From: an uncultured Microthrixaceae bacterium
GTDB taxonomy: Bacteria > Actinomycetota > Acidimicrobiia > Acidimicrobiales > VFJN01
Assembly (NCBI GenBank): GCA_963806205.1
Contig: CAWDXF010000004.1
Location: 25,497 to 89,496 of the forward strand
Direction of reading: 5' to 3'
DNA length: 64,000 nt
The notes under the pieces were generated by a model. The model had not been told where the DNA came from. It saw nothing but the letters and a program-made list of their open reading frames with translations, and did no database searches. A program made the translations under genes and the position numbers. Positions 43,944-54,316 of this stretch are shown piece after piece. How positions within the stretch are numbered: position 1 is the first letter of the stretch; every line of letters begins with the position of its first letter.

Positions 43944-44743
43944 GAGAGGAACCCGCCGTTGACGGGGAGGATCTCGCCGAAGGAGTAGGTCGCGTCGACC
44001 ACGAGGTAGCGGACGGCCGCGGCGACCTCGTCGGCCCGGCCGAGGCGGCCCGGCGGGATCTGCGCCAGCAGGAACGGCTTCGCCATCTCCATCGGGTCGA
44101 GCAGGGGCGTGTCGATGAAGCCGGGTGCGACCGCGTTCACGCGGATCCCGAGCGGCGCGACCTCTGCGCCCACCGACTTCGTGAGCCCGGCGATCGCGTG
44201 CTTCGCCGCCGCGTACTCGGGGGTCACCACCGACCCGACGCTGCTGTACACGCTGCACAGGTTCACGATGCACCCGCGGCGGGCCGGCTCCATGTGCCGC
44301 AGGGCAGCGCGGGTGCCGTAGAAGGTGCCGTAGAGGTGCGTCTGGATCATGCGGTCGAACTGCTCGTCCGTGAGCGTGGACAGCGCGCCGAGGGGCTCCA
44401 TCGGCTGGCCGCCCATCGCGGCCAGCTGCGCCGCCATCGCCCGCTCGAGCAGCTCGGGTCGGTTGGTGACGATGCCGGCGTTGTTCACGAGGACGTCCAG
44501 CCGGCCGTGGCGCTCGACGGCCGCGTCGACCGCCGCGTCGAAGGCACCGGAATCGGCCACGTCGAAGGCGGCCACCTCGCCGCCGACCTCCTTGGCCACG
44601 ACGGCCGCCGTGTCGGCGTCGAGGTCGTTGATCACCAGGGTGGCGCCGTCCTCGGCGAGGCGCCGCGCGATGGCGGCTCCGAGGCCCGAGCCGGCCCCGG
44701 TGACGAGGGCGACGTGGTCGGCGAGCACTCCGGTGCCGGGCAT
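43940..44743 (-). CDS. SDR family oxidoreductase
   Basis: TGAGSGLG, NNAG, YAAAK, VNAVAPG. Confidence 0.93.
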   Translation of the reverse strand: MPGTGVLADHVALVTGAGSGLGAAIARRLAEDGATLVINDLDADTAAVVAKEVGGEVAAFDVADSGAFDAAVDAAVERHGRLDVLVNNAGIVTNRPELLERAMAAQLAAMGGQPMEPLGALSTLTDEQFDRMIQTHLYGTFYGTRAALRHMEPARRGCIVNLCSVYSSVGSVVTPEYAAAKHAIAGLTKSVGAEVAPLGIRVNAVAPGFIDTPLLDPMEMAKPFLLAQIPPGRLGRADEVAAAVRYLVVDATYSFGEILPVNGGFLS

Positions 44744-44765
44744 GGATGCACTGTAGGTTTCCCGC

Positions 44766-45404
44766 GTGGCACCCGACCTCGGCGACCTCCTCCCCGGCGA
44801 TGTGCTGCCGGATCCGGACCCGCCGGCCACGACGGATCGCATCCTCACGGTCCCGAACGTGATCACGGTCGTGCGGCTGGCCCTGCTGCCGGTGTTCGTC
44901 TGGCTGCTGTTCGGCAAGGACGATCGGGCGGCGGCCGCCTGGCTGCTGGCGGCCATCGGCACGACCGACTTCTTCGACGGCTACATCGCCCGCCACTTCA
45001 ACCAGGTGTCCGAGCTGGGCAAGGTCCTCGACCCCGTGGCGGACCGCCTCCTGTTCTTCGTGGGGGCCGGCAGCATCCTGATCGACGGCTCGATCCCCGT
45101 CTGGTTCGCGGTGGCCGTGCTGGGCCGCGAGGTCGTGGTGGCGGTGGCCACGCTCGTGCTGGCCGCCCTGGGTGCGGCACGGATCGACGTCACGTGGTTC
45201 GGGAAGGCAGGGGCGTTCGCCCTCATGATGTCCGTCCCGTTCTTCCTCGGGTCCCACGGGGACCTGTCCTGGGCCGACCAGGCCGAGGACCTGGCCTGGG
45301 CCACCGGCCTCCCCGGGCTCGCGCTGTCGTGGTACTCCGTCGTGCTCTACGTGCCCATGGCCCGTAGAGCGCTGCGCGAGGGCCGGGCGGAGGCAGCGGC
45401 ATGA
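44766..45404 (+). CDS. CDP-alcohol phosphatidyltransferase (PgsA2-like)
   Basis: TVPNVIT, DFFDGYIAR...QVSELGKVLDPVADR. Confidence 0.93.
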   Translation: MAPDLGDLLPGDVLPDPDPPATTDRILTVPNVITVVRLALLPVFVWLLFGKDDRAAAAWLLAAIGTTDFFDGYIARHFNQVSELGKVLDPVADRLLFFVGAGSILIDGSIPVWFAVAVLGREVVVAVATLVLAALGAARIDVTWFGKAGAFALMMSVPFFLGSHGDLSWADQAEDLAWATGLPGLALSWYSVVLYVPMARRALREGRAEAAA

Positions 45405-47887
45405 AGGCGGTGATCATGGCCGGCGGCGAGGGCGCCCGGCTGCGCCCGCTCTCGTCGAACGTGCCGAAGCCGATGATGCCGCTCGTCAACGAGCCGATGA
45501 TGGAGCACATCGTGCGCCTGCTCCGGACGCACGGCTTCGACGACATCGTGGTCACGGTCGCGTACCTGGCCAACCACATCCGCGCGTACTTCGCGGACGG
45601 GTCCGAGTACGGGGTGCGGATGGTCTACGCCACCGAGGAGACCCCCCTCGGCACGGCCGGCTCCGTCCGCAACGCCATGGAGGAGCTCGACGAGCGCTTC
45701 CTCGTGATCTCCGGTGACGTGCTCACCGACGTCGACCTCGGCGCGATGGTCCGGGCCCACGACGACGCGAAGGCGCTGGCCACGATCGGGCTGGTCCGCG
45801 TGGAGAACCCGCTCGAGTTCGGGATCGTGATCACGCGGGAGGACGGCTCGATCGAGCGGTTCCTCGAGAAGCCATCGTGGGGCCAGGTCTTCAGCGACAC
45901 GATCAACTCGGGGATCTTCGTGCTCGAGCCGGAGATCTTCGACCACATCGAGCCGGACCGGCCGGTCGACTTCTCGTCGGAGGTCTTCCCGGAGCTGCTC
46001 ACCAAGGGCCTGCCGCTGTTCGGGGCCGTGGTCGACGGCTACTGGGAGGACGTGGGCACCCTCGAGGCCTACCTCCGGGCCCACAAGGACATCCTCGACG
46101 AGCGGGTCCGCATCGAGGTGCCGGGCTTCGACGTGGGCGACGGCGTGCACGTGGGGGAGGGGGCGGAGATCCACCCCGAGGCCACGGTCGTCGGCCCCGC
46201 GGTGCTGGGCGAGAACTGCCGCGTCGAGGCCGGCGTGCGCCTTGGTCCGTACACCGTGCTGGGCACCAACGTGCGGGTCCGGGCCGGTGCCGACCTGGAG
46301 CGCGTCGTCATCAACGACAACTCCTACCTCGGTGAGAACGTGCGCCTGCGGGGCGCCCTGGTCGGCCGTTCGTGCGACCTGCGCGGGGGCGTGCGCCTCG
46401 ACGAGGGCGTGGTGCTCGGCGACGAGTGCTTCGTGGGTGAGCACGCCCTGCTGGCCGCGGGCGTGAAGGTGTACCCCTTCAAGACCGTCGAGGCCGGCGC
46501 GGTCATCAACGCCTCGATCGTCTGGGAGTCCCGCGGGTCGCGCTCGCTGTTCGGCCGGGACGGGGTGGCGGGCCTCGCCAACGTGGACGTCACGCCCGAG
46601 GTGGCCACCCGCCTCGCGATGGCCTACGGCACGACCCTCAAGAAGGACAGCACCGTGGTGACCTCGCGGGACTCGAGCCGCTCGGCCCGGATGCTCAAGC
46701 GGGCGATGATGGCCGGCCTCAACGCGGCCGGGGTCAACGTGCTGGACCTGGAGGTCGCCTCGCTGCCCGTGACCCGGTTCGCCATCCGGCGGCCCGAGGC
46801 GTCCGGGGGGCTCACGATCCGCCTGGTCGAGGGCGACCCGCAGTCCTGCGTGATCCGCTTCTTCGACGGCAACGGGGCCGACCTGACCGAGGACGGCCAG
46901 CGGAAGGTCGAGCGGCTCCTGATCCGGGAGGACTTCCGCCGGGTGTTCCCGGCCGAGATCGGGGACATCGGCTTCCCGCCCCGGACCCTGGAGCACTACA
47001 CGGCGGCCCTGGAGGCCACCGTCGACATCGAGGCCATCCGGGCCGCCCGGTTCAAGGTGGTGGTCGACTACTCGTTCGGGTCGACCTCCTTCGTGATGCC
47101 GAACGTGCTCGCGAAGCTTGGGGCCGATGTGCTGGGGGTCAACCCCTATGCCTCGACCAGCCGAAGCCTCGACTTCGACAAGACGGCCCACGCCGAGGAG
47201 GTGGCCGCCCTCGTGAAGGCCTCCGGCGCCCACCTGGGGGCGGTGCTCGATCCCGACGGTGAGCACCTCACGCTGATCGACGACGCCGGCCACGTGCTGC
47301 CCGACGACCGCGCCCTCCTCGCCCTGCTGCGCCTGGTCGGCAGCCACCTGTTGGGCGACACGGTCGCGCTCCCCGTGACCGTGACCGCGCACGCCGAGGC
47401 GATCGCGGCCGAGCACGGTGTGCGCGTGCGGCGAACGAAGCTGGCCACGTCCGCGCTCATGGACGCCGCCGCGGAGCCCGGCGTCGGGTTCGCGGCCAGC
47501 ACCAACGGTGGCTTCATCCTCCCCGGCTTCCTGCCGGCCTTCGACGCGGCGGCCACGCTCGTGAAGCTGCTCGAGCTGCTGGCGCTGTCGGAGACGCGGT
47601 TGTCGACGGTCGTCGACGACCTGCCGCGCCCCCGCATCGCGCGGGAGACCGTCGTGACGCCGTGGGAGCAGAAGGGGATGGTCATGCGCTCGCTGGTCGA
47701 GATGAGCAAGGACCGCGAGGTGCAGCTCATCGACGGCGTGCGCGTGCGGCACGACGACGGGTGGGCGCTCGCGCTGCCCGACCCGGAGGAGCCGGTCACG
47801 CACGTGTGGGCCGAGGCGGCGACCGATGCCGAGGCCAAGGCGCTGGCCAAGGAGTACGCGCGCCGCATCCGCCAGCTCCTGAGGTAG
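45401..47887 (+). CDS. Bifunctional mannose-1-phosphate guanylyltransferase / phosphomannomutase-like protein
   Basis: MAGGEG.RLRPL...PKPM, PLGTAG, hexapeptide repeats, LFG.DGV.G mutase domain, DPDGE. Confidence 0.9.
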   Translation: MKAVIMAGGEGARLRPLSSNVPKPMMPLVNEPMMEHIVRLLRTHGFDDIVVTVAYLANHIRAYFADGSEYGVRMVYATEETPLGTAGSVRNAMEELDERFLVISGDVLTDVDLGAMVRAHDDAKALATIGLVRVENPLEFGIVITREDGSIERFLEKPSWGQVFSDTINSGIFVLEPEIFDHIEPDRPVDFSSEVFPELLTKGLPLFGAVVDGYWEDVGTLEAYLRAHKDILDERVRIEVPGFDVGDGVHVGEGAEIHPEATVVGPAVLGENCRVEAGVRLGPYTVLGTNVRVRAGADLERVVINDNSYLGENVRLRGALVGRSCDLRGGVRLDEGVVLGDECFVGEHALLAAGVKVYPFKTVEAGAVINASIVWESRGSRSLFGRDGVAGLANVDVTPEVATRLAMAYGTTLKKDSTVVTSRDSSRSARMLKRAMMAGLNAAGVNVLDLEVASLPVTRFAIRRPEASGGLTIRLVEGDPQSCVIRFFDGNGADLTEDGQRKVERLLIREDFRRVFPAEIGDIGFPPRTLEHYTAALEATVDIEAIRAARFKVVVDYSFGSTSFVMPNVLAKLGADVLGVNPYASTSRSLDFDKTAHAEEVAALVKASGAHLGAVLDPDGEHLTLIDDAGHVLPDDRALLALLRLVGSHLLGDTVALPVTVTAHAEAIAAEHGVRVRRTKLATSALMDAAAEPGVGFAASTNGGFILPGFLPAFDAAATLVKLLELLALSETRLSTVVDDLPRPRIARETVVTPWEQKGMVMRSLVEMSKDREVQLIDGVRVRHDDGWALALPDPEEPVTHVWAEAATDAEAKALAKEYARRIRQLLR

Positions 47888-47913
47888 GCCCTTCGCGGCG
47901 CCGCCGAAACCTC

Positions 47914-47956
47914 AACCCTCGACCACTCGTCGAGGGTTCGGACGTTCCTGTAGCCT
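47914..47956 (+). promoter_or_regulatory. 25-bp inverted-repeat operator and TAGCCT -10 of leaderless gcvH
   Basis: AACCCTCGAC-cactc-GTCGAGGGTT; -10 is 7 nt before the ATG. Confidence 0.6.
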
Positions 47957-47963
47957 GCCGCCC

Positions 47964-48344
47964 ATGCAGATCCCCGAGGACCTTCGGTACTCCAGCGACC
48001 ACGAGTGGGTCCGCGTGGAGGACGGCAAGGCGCGCATCGGGATCACCGACTACGCCCAGGACGCGCTGGGTGACGTGGTGTTCGTGGACCTGCCGGAGGT
48101 GGGTGCCAGCGCCGCCGCCGGCGCGTCGATCAGCGAGGTCGAGTCCACCAAGTCCGTCTCCGACATCTACGCACCGGTCACCGGCACGATCGCCGACGTG
48201 AACGCGGAGCTCGCCGACGCGCCCGAGCGCCTCAACGAGGATCCGTACGGCGAGGGTTGGATCTGCGTGATCGAGCTGCAGGACCCAGCGGAGCTCGACG
48301 GGCTCCTCGACGCTGCGGCCTACCGGGCCCTCGTGGACGGGTAG
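47964..48344 (+). CDS. gcvH: Glycine cleavage system H protein
   Basis: HEW, GITDYAQDALGDVVFV, VESTKSVSDIYAP, NEDPYGEGW. Confidence 0.97.
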   Translation: MQIPEDLRYSSDHEWVRVEDGKARIGITDYAQDALGDVVFVDLPEVGASAAAGASISEVESTKSVSDIYAPVTGTIADVNAELADAPERLNEDPYGEGWICVIELQDPAELDGLLDAAAYRALVDG

Positions 48345-48350
48345 GCGCAC

Positions 48351-48824
48351 GTGGCCGACGTGAGCTGCCCGCACTGCGGGCACGAGAACCCGCTGGGCGC
48401 CAACTTCTGCTCGTCGTGCGGCTCGGACCTCGAGGTGCCGGAGGAGCACGGCACGACGGCATCGGTCGTCGTGCCGATCGACAGCGCGGTCGAGGAGATC
48501 GAGATCGAGCTCGACGAGCTGCCGCTCGGGGTGGGCATGCTCGTCGTGACGCGAGGGCCGAACTCCGGGTCGCGCTTCGCGCTCGACGAGGAGGTGGTGA
48601 CCGCCGGCCGTCACCCCGACAGCGTGATCTTCCTGGATGACATCACCGTGTCGCGGCGCCACGCCGAGATCCGACAGGTGGCCGGGGGATACCAGGTGAC
48701 CGATGTGGGCTCCCTCAACGGCACCTATCTCAACCGGGAGCGGGTGGAGGAGAGCGCCTTGCACGACGGCGACGAGCTGCAGATCGGTACGTTCAAGCTC
48801 CTGTTCCTGGCCGGGCGGACGTGA
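48351..48824 (+). CDS. Zinc-ribbon FHA protein, GarA/OdhI-like
   Basis: CPHC..FCSSCG, GTTAS, GRHPDS.IFLDDITVSRRHA, GSLNGTY. Confidence 0.9.
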   Translation: MADVSCPHCGHENPLGANFCSSCGSDLEVPEEHGTTASVVVPIDSAVEEIEIELDELPLGVGMLVVTRGPNSGSRFALDEEVVTAGRHPDSVIFLDDITVSRRHAEIRQVAGGYQVTDVGSLNGTYLNRERVEESALHDGDELQIGTFKLLFLAGRT

Positions 48825-48832
48825 GCCGCGCC

Positions 48833-49780
48833 ATGGCTGATCGCTCGCACCTGTCGATCGGGGAGGTCTTGAGCCTCCTCCAGGACGACTTCCCCGACGT
48901 CACGATCTCCAAGATCCGGTTCCTGGAGAGCCAGGGGCTGCTCGACCCCGAGCGGACGCCGTCGGGCTACCGGAAGTTCTACGAGGGCGACATCGAGCGC
49001 CTGCGGTGGATCCTGCGGCACCAGCGGGACCACTTCCTGCCCCTCAAGGTCATCAAGGACCGGCTCGAGGAGAGCGCGGCCAAGGGCCTGGTGGTGCCCC
49101 CCGACGAGCCCCCGCCGGAGAACCCGCTGACCTCCCCGTCGCTGTTCGAGGAGGGCGGTGGACCGGCCCCGACCACGCCGTCGACCCCCGCCCCGGGCGC
49201 CGGCGACGGGGCCCCGGAGGACGACGACTACCGCCCGATCCCGGTGCCCGAGCGCGAGCGCCCCGCCCCCCGGGCGGCCGCACCCATGCCCGCCCGGCCC
49301 GCCCCCGCGCTGCCCCCGCTCCCGGCCCCGGCCCCCGCCCCTGCGGCGGTGACGGCGGCGGAGGAGGCCCCGAACCCCCTCGACGCCGGCCCTACCAGCG
49401 GTAGCTTCAGCCTCGACGAGCTGGTCGCCGCCAGCGGCCTCGACCACCGGGCCTTGGGCGACCTCACGCGGTACGGGCTGCTCACCGGCCGGACCGTGGG
49501 CGGGGACACGTTCTACGACGGCGACGCCATGATCGTGGTTCGCACTGCCGCGGGGTTCGTGCAGTTCGGCATCGAGGCCCGGCACCTGCGCATGTACAAG
49601 GTGGCGGCCGAGCGGGAGGCCGGGTTCATCGAGTCGGTCGTCATGCCGCTGCTCAAGCAGCGGAACCCGACCGCCCGGAAGCAGGCCGCCGACAACCTCG
49701 GGGAGCTCGCCCGCCTCGGCGAGCAGCTCCGCGCCGCCCTCCTCCGCACCGCCCTGCACGACCACACCGACTTGCGCTGA
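48833..49780 (+). CDS. MerR-family regulator, FtsR/Rv1828-like, with Pro-rich linker
   Basis: SIGEVL..L..DFPDVTISKIRFLE, P.RTPSGYR, LPLKVIK, G.E.RHLR; position after the FHA gene. Confidence 0.88.
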   Translation: MADRSHLSIGEVLSLLQDDFPDVTISKIRFLESQGLLDPERTPSGYRKFYEGDIERLRWILRHQRDHFLPLKVIKDRLEESAAKGLVVPPDEPPPENPLTSPSLFEEGGGPAPTTPSTPAPGAGDGAPEDDDYRPIPVPERERPAPRAAAPMPARPAPALPPLPAPAPAPAAVTAAEEAPNPLDAGPTSGSFSLDELVAASGLDHRALGDLTRYGLLTGRTVGGDTFYDGDAMIVVRTAAGFVQFGIEARHLRMYKVAAEREAGFIESVVMPLLKQRNPTARKQAADNLGELARLGEQLRAALLRTALHDHTDLR

Positions 49781-49849
49781 GCCATCTGCTCACTCGCCCC
49801 GCGTGTTCCCGCGGCGCGGGGGCCGGGCTCCTTGGATAGCGTTCGGGGG

Positions 49850-50333
49850 ATGGCAGTGGAGATGGAGCTCGTCGGCATCGAGATGGAGCGCCCTCCGAAC
49901 ATCCCGTGTCTCGTGCTGCGCGAGGCCGAGGGCGCGGGGCGGGTCCTGCCGATCTTCATCGGTGGACCCGAGGCCACCGCGATCGCCTTCGCGCTCGAGG
50001 AGGTCGAGACGCCGCGGCCGATGACGCACGACCTCATCAAGGACCTGCTCGACGAGCTCGGCGCCCGCATCGAGCGCGTCACGGTCACCGAGCTGCGTGA
50101 CGCCACGTTCTACGCCGAGATCGTCCTGTCGAGCGCGGGGAGCGTGCACTCGGTGTCCGCCGCGCCCCTCCGACGCCGTGGCCCTCGCCGTGCGCTACGG
50201 CGCGCCGGTGTTCGCGGAGGAGGGCGTGCTCGACGAGGCCGGGCGAGCGCCCGAGGAGGGCATGCCCGAGGACGTGGTGGAGCAGTTCCGCGAGTTCATC
50301 GCGGGGGTGAACCCCGAGGACTTCGCCTCGTAG
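49850..50333 (+). CDS. Bifunctional nuclease family (DUF151) protein (frameshifted)
   Basis: LPIFIG..EATAI, RPMTHDL, FYAEI, RPSDAVALA, VEQFREF...V.PEDF. Confidence 0.92.
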
Positions 50334-50344
50334 GTCGACGTCTC

Positions 50345-51568
50345 CTAGCTGGACGTCTCCGTGGCGAGCATCTGGGCCCGGCCGATGATCAGCAGGCCGA
50401 AGCCGATCAGCAGGAGGCCGATGCGCAGCATCGACCAGGAGGAGTCGCTGCCCGTCTGGGGCAGGGCGCGCTCGACGGTGATCGGGACCGAGCGAACGAC
50501 CGCCGAACCATCGCTCGCGACGCCCGTCAGACGGATCTCGTGCGAGCCGGCCTCGGTGCGCAGCGGGATCGTGACCGAACCCGACGCGACACCCTGCGCA
50601 TCCGCGGTGAGCGTCGCGAGGCGCACGGGGGTCGAGAGCAGATCGACCTGGACCGGGCTCCCCGGAGCGAAGCCCGGAGCCGACACCGTGATGACCTGTC
50701 CCGGCGTGGGAGTGGGGTCGCTGGCGGTCGCGGCCGGGGCCTCGGTCGTGGCGGTCGTCGAGCTGGAGCTCGACGACGTGGCGGCGCCACCGGAGCCCAG
50801 CGCGCTGGTCGAGGTCGCGCCCGCGAGCGTGGACGTCGTGGCCGCGGGCGCGGCGGTCGAGCTGGTCGAGCTCGCGGCGGGCGCAGTCGAGGTCGTGGAC
50901 CCGCCAGGCGCGCTCGACGAGGTGGTCGAGCCCGCGGTGGTCGACGTCGTGGCACCGGGGGCCGTGCTCGAGGTGGTCGAGCTCGCGTCCGGGGCAGTGG
51001 ACGACGTCGAGCTCGACGGCGTCGTGGACGTGGTGGTCGGGGCGGTGGACGTGGTGGAGCCCGGGACCGTCGTGGTGGTGGACGAGGTCGCCGTCGTCGA
51101 GGTGGTCGTGGCCCGGACGTAGGTGAAGTCGCCTGCGTCGAGCTCGACGAACTGCGGATCGTCGTCGTTCTCGCCGGTGGCGACGCAGGTGACCACGACG
51201 TCGTAGGTCGGACCCGCCGAGGGGTCATCGGTCAGGAAGTCGATCTCGGGCGGTGCGACGAAGCCGTAGGTGCCGTTGGGGTCGAGCTCGTACACCGCGT
51301 AGTCGGGGAAGGTGCCCTCGAACTCGTCGTCGGTGTCGGTGTTGATCTCGATGACGATGTCGATCGATCCGTTGATCTGCTCGCACCCGCCGATCTGGAA
51401 GCCGATCGCGGTGCCGGCCACCCCGGTGTGGGGCTCGAAGAAGACCTGGACGACGTCGGCGTTGGCCGGGCCCGCCCAGATCGGGACGATGGTGAGGAAG
51501 AGGGCCGTCAGCCCGGCCACCCCGATGGCGCGGCCTCTCCAGTGGCGCTGCGACGTCTGCGCGGTCAT
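50345..51568 (-). CDS. Ser/Thr-rich LPXTG cell-surface protein
   Basis: Signal peptide, STTSSTAP-like repeats, GFAPGS Ig-like domain, LPQTG + TM. Confidence 0.85.
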   Translation of the reverse strand: MTAQTSQRHWRGRAIGVAGLTALFLTIVPIWAGPANADVVQVFFEPHTGVAGTAIGFQIGGCEQINGSIDIVIEINTDTDDEFEGTFPDYAVYELDPNGTYGFVAPPEIDFLTDDPSAGPTYDVVVTCVATGENDDDPQFVELDAGDFTYVRATTTSTTATSSTTTTVPGSTTSTAPTTTSTTPSSSTSSTAPDASSTTSSTAPGATTSTTAGSTTSSSAPGGSTTSTAPAASSTSSTAAPAATTSTLAGATSTSALGSGGAATSSSSSSTTATTEAPAATASDPTPTPGQVITVSAPGFAPGSPVQVDLLSTPVRLATLTADAQGVASGSVTIPLRTEAGSHEIRLTGVASDGSAVVRSVPITVERALPQTGSDSSWSMLRIGLLLIGFGLLIIGRAQMLATETSS

Positions 51569-51661
51569 GTCGTCCCTCCGGGTCCCTGACGATCGCCTGT
51601 TGCTAGCGTGGCTGGTGAGGCTACTGGGGAGTGGCCCCGGAGTGGGAGACCCTGATCCGAT

Positions 51662-52578
51662 CTAGCCCCGGGGCGGGGCGGTCGTCCGCAGCCAGAGGGT
51701 GGAGCCGAGGCGCTCGACGGCCTCGAGGCCGGGTCGGTCCCAGACGGCCGAGAGGGGGCGGCCAGGTCGGGGTCGCCCATCGCGTAGTGGACCGGGCAGG
51801 ACGGGTTCGAGCCAGGAGGGCTCGCCCAGGAGGAGCCCGCCGACGACGTACTGCTCGTTGAACCAGTAGGCGCGCCCACTCGGGCGGGTAGTCGGACGGG
51901 CCAGAACACGTCGTGGACCCCGACGAGCACGCCCGGAGCGAGGCGGGGGAGGACGTCGAACACGAAGACGACGACGTCGGAGCCCATGAAGGCGACGTGG
52001 GACCCGTCCATGAACAGCATGTCGCCCGGGCCGAGCTCGTCGAACAGGGCGGGGTCGACGGACTCCAGCGGGGAGCGGACCACCCGGTCGCACAGCGGCG
52101 TCGACCTCGGCCCGCGGCGCCGGGTCGATGGAGGTGACGTGGGTGGAGAGCCCGCCGTCACGGCGGGCCCGGGCGACGACCTTCGTCGAGGTGCCCGAGC
52201 CGATCTCGACGTAGCGGGTCGGCGCCGTCGTCGCGGACGAGGCCGTACAGGGCGAGGATGTCGCCGCCGGGGAGCCACTCCTGCACGAGTCCCGGGTCGA
52301 GGGACGCCGGGTCCGCGGTCACCGGGAGGGCGGCGACGGCGTCACCGTGGGCCGCGGCCGGACCAGCAGGGCGACGCGTAGTCGGGTCGTCGGCGCCGCC
52401 AGCCACCGCTCGATGCGGGCCTGGGCCGGACGGTCCGTGCCCGAAGCGGGGAGACCGGGGCCGTCGACGGGGGGTGCTCGAGGTAGACGGCGTGGGGGAA
52501 CTTGGGCTGGAGCCGTCGCCGGGCGGCCTCGCCGCGGGCCGCCAACCAGGCGTCGAGGCGCTGTCGGAGCGGCCGCAT
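51662..52578 (-). CDS. Class I SAM methyltransferase, Methyltransf_24-like (many indels)
   Basis: EIGSG.ST, LFMDGSH...GSDV, GVHDVF, NEQY. Confidence 0.75.
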
Positions 52579-52615
52579 GGTCCGGCGACCCTACCGCCCG
52601 GCCCGGAGCTTCCCG

Positions 52616-52670
52616 TTGACGGCGCGCGGGGTCGGTCGTACCCTGCTTAACGCACCACATCGGTGTAACT
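52616..52670 (+). promoter_or_regulatory. Housekeeping sigma promoter with a downstream McdR-like box
   Basis: TTGACG-N17-TACCCT; CACCACATCGGTGTAACT at 52653-52670. Confidence 0.65.
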
Positions 52671-52729
52671 ACCTCCATCGGACTTCGGGACCCACCACCT
52701 CGGAGCCGGCACCACGAGGAGCGCGCGCG

Positions 52730-53194
52730 ATGAGCACTGAAGGCTTCAGCGGCCGTGAGGCCGCCGACATCGTCGGCATCACCTACCGCCAGCTCGACTA
52801 CTGGGCTCGCACCGACCTGATCCGGCCCTCGCTGGCCGATGCGCGGGGGAGCGGCAGCCGTCGTCGCTACTCGTACCAGAACCTGGTCGAGCTGAAGATG
52901 ATCAAGACGCTCCTCGACGCGGGCCAGAAGCTCGAACGGGTGCGGGCGGCGTTCCAGTACATCCGCGACCTGGGCGAGGAGCTCGCCGCCGCGCAGCTGG
53001 TGATCGCCGGTGACAGCGTCATCCTGGTCCGCGAGGGCGAGGACCTGATCGACGTGGTGAACAAGCACCAGGGCCAGGGCGTGCTCAACCTCCTGGCGAT
53101 GGACGGGGTGGCCGAGCAGGTCGAGGCGGCCGTGCGCCTCCTGCGGGCCGAGCAGGCCGAAGCCCGGGCCGAGCCCGTCGGCGCCGCCCGATAG
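52730..53194 (+). CDS. MerR-family regulator, Rv1830/McdR-like
   Basis: GITYRQLDYWART.LIRPS...A.GSGS.R.YS, LLDAG, GQGV. Confidence 0.88.
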   Translation: MSTEGFSGREAADIVGITYRQLDYWARTDLIRPSLADARGSGSRRRYSYQNLVELKMIKTLLDAGQKLERVRAAFQYIRDLGEELAAAQLVIAGDSVILVREGEDLIDVVNKHQGQGVLNLLAMDGVAEQVEAAVRLLRAEQAEARAEPVGAAR

Positions 53195-53204
53195 CGTCCG
53201 CGGG

Positions 53205-54268
53205 GTGACGCCCCGCACCTCGCCGCTCGACGCCGCAGCACCGCGCCCTGGGGGCGAAGATGGTCCCGTTCGGGGGCTGGGACATGCCGCTCGCGTACGG
53301 CGAGGGCACCCTCGCGGAGCACCGTGCCTGCCGCACGCGCGGCGGTCGCGTTCGACGTCAGCCACCTCGGCACCGTGGCGGTGCGCGGCGCCGACGCGCT
53401 GGCGGGGCTCCAGGCTGCGCTCACGAACGACCTCACGAAGGTCGGCCCGGGGCGGGCGCAGTACACCCACCTCCTCGACGCCGACGACGCGTCGGTGCTC
53501 GACGACATCATCGTGTGGTGGGTGTCCGAGGACCGCTTCGACGTCATGCCCAACGCGTCGAACACCGACCGGGTCGTGGCCGCCATCGGCGGTGAGGACG
53601 TGACCGCGACCCGCGCCGTGATCGCGGTGCAGGGCCCCGAGGCGCGCCGCCGGCTGGGTGCCGTGGCGCCCGAGGCGGCCGCCGTGGGCCGGTTCCACGT
53701 GGGCGAGGCGGACGTGGCCGGCGTCCGCTGCGTCGTGGCCGGCACGGGCTACACCGGCGAGGACGGCGTGGAGCTGGCCGTGCCCGCCGAGCACGCCGGC
53801 GCCGTGTGGGACGCCGTGCTGCACGTCGGCGTCGAGCCGGCCGGCCTCGGCGCCCGGGACACGCTGCGCCTGGAGGCCGCTCTGCCGCTGCACGGCCACG
53901 AGCTGGGCCCCGGCATCACGCCCCTGCAGGCGGGCCTCGGGTGGGTCGTGGCCTGGGACAAGCCGGGCGGCTTCCGCGGTCGCGAGGCGCTGGTGGCCGA
54001 GCGCGAGCGGGGCGTGGCCCGGCGGCTGCGGGGCCTCAGCGTCCCGGGCCGGCGTCCGCCCCGGGCCGAGCAGCCCGTGCTGGTCGACGGGGAGCAGGCC
54101 GGGGTCGTCACGAGCGGGAACTTCTCCCCGGTGCTCGAGCACGGCATCGCGCTCGCCTTCCTGCCGCCCGGGGTGGAGGAGGGGACCGAGGTCGCGATCG
54201 CCGGCAAGGGCGACCCGGCGCCGGCCACGGTGGTGGCCACGCCCTTCGTGGGGGGCCGGAAGAGCTAG
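53205..54268 (+). CDS. gcvT: Glycine cleavage system T protein (frameshifted)
   Basis: [43 protein letters not shown]. Confidence 0.95.
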
Positions 54269-54316
54269 GCCGGGCGCTGGGATAGGTTGCCGCGGCAACG
54301 TCGAGGGGAGTGGGAC

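Noticed and set aside
23217-53194. Mercury resistance system (MerB-like gene plus two MerR-family genes)
   Set aside because: The MerR-family proteins are FtsR-like and McdR-like, lack Cys ligands and lie 25-30 kb away; no merA.
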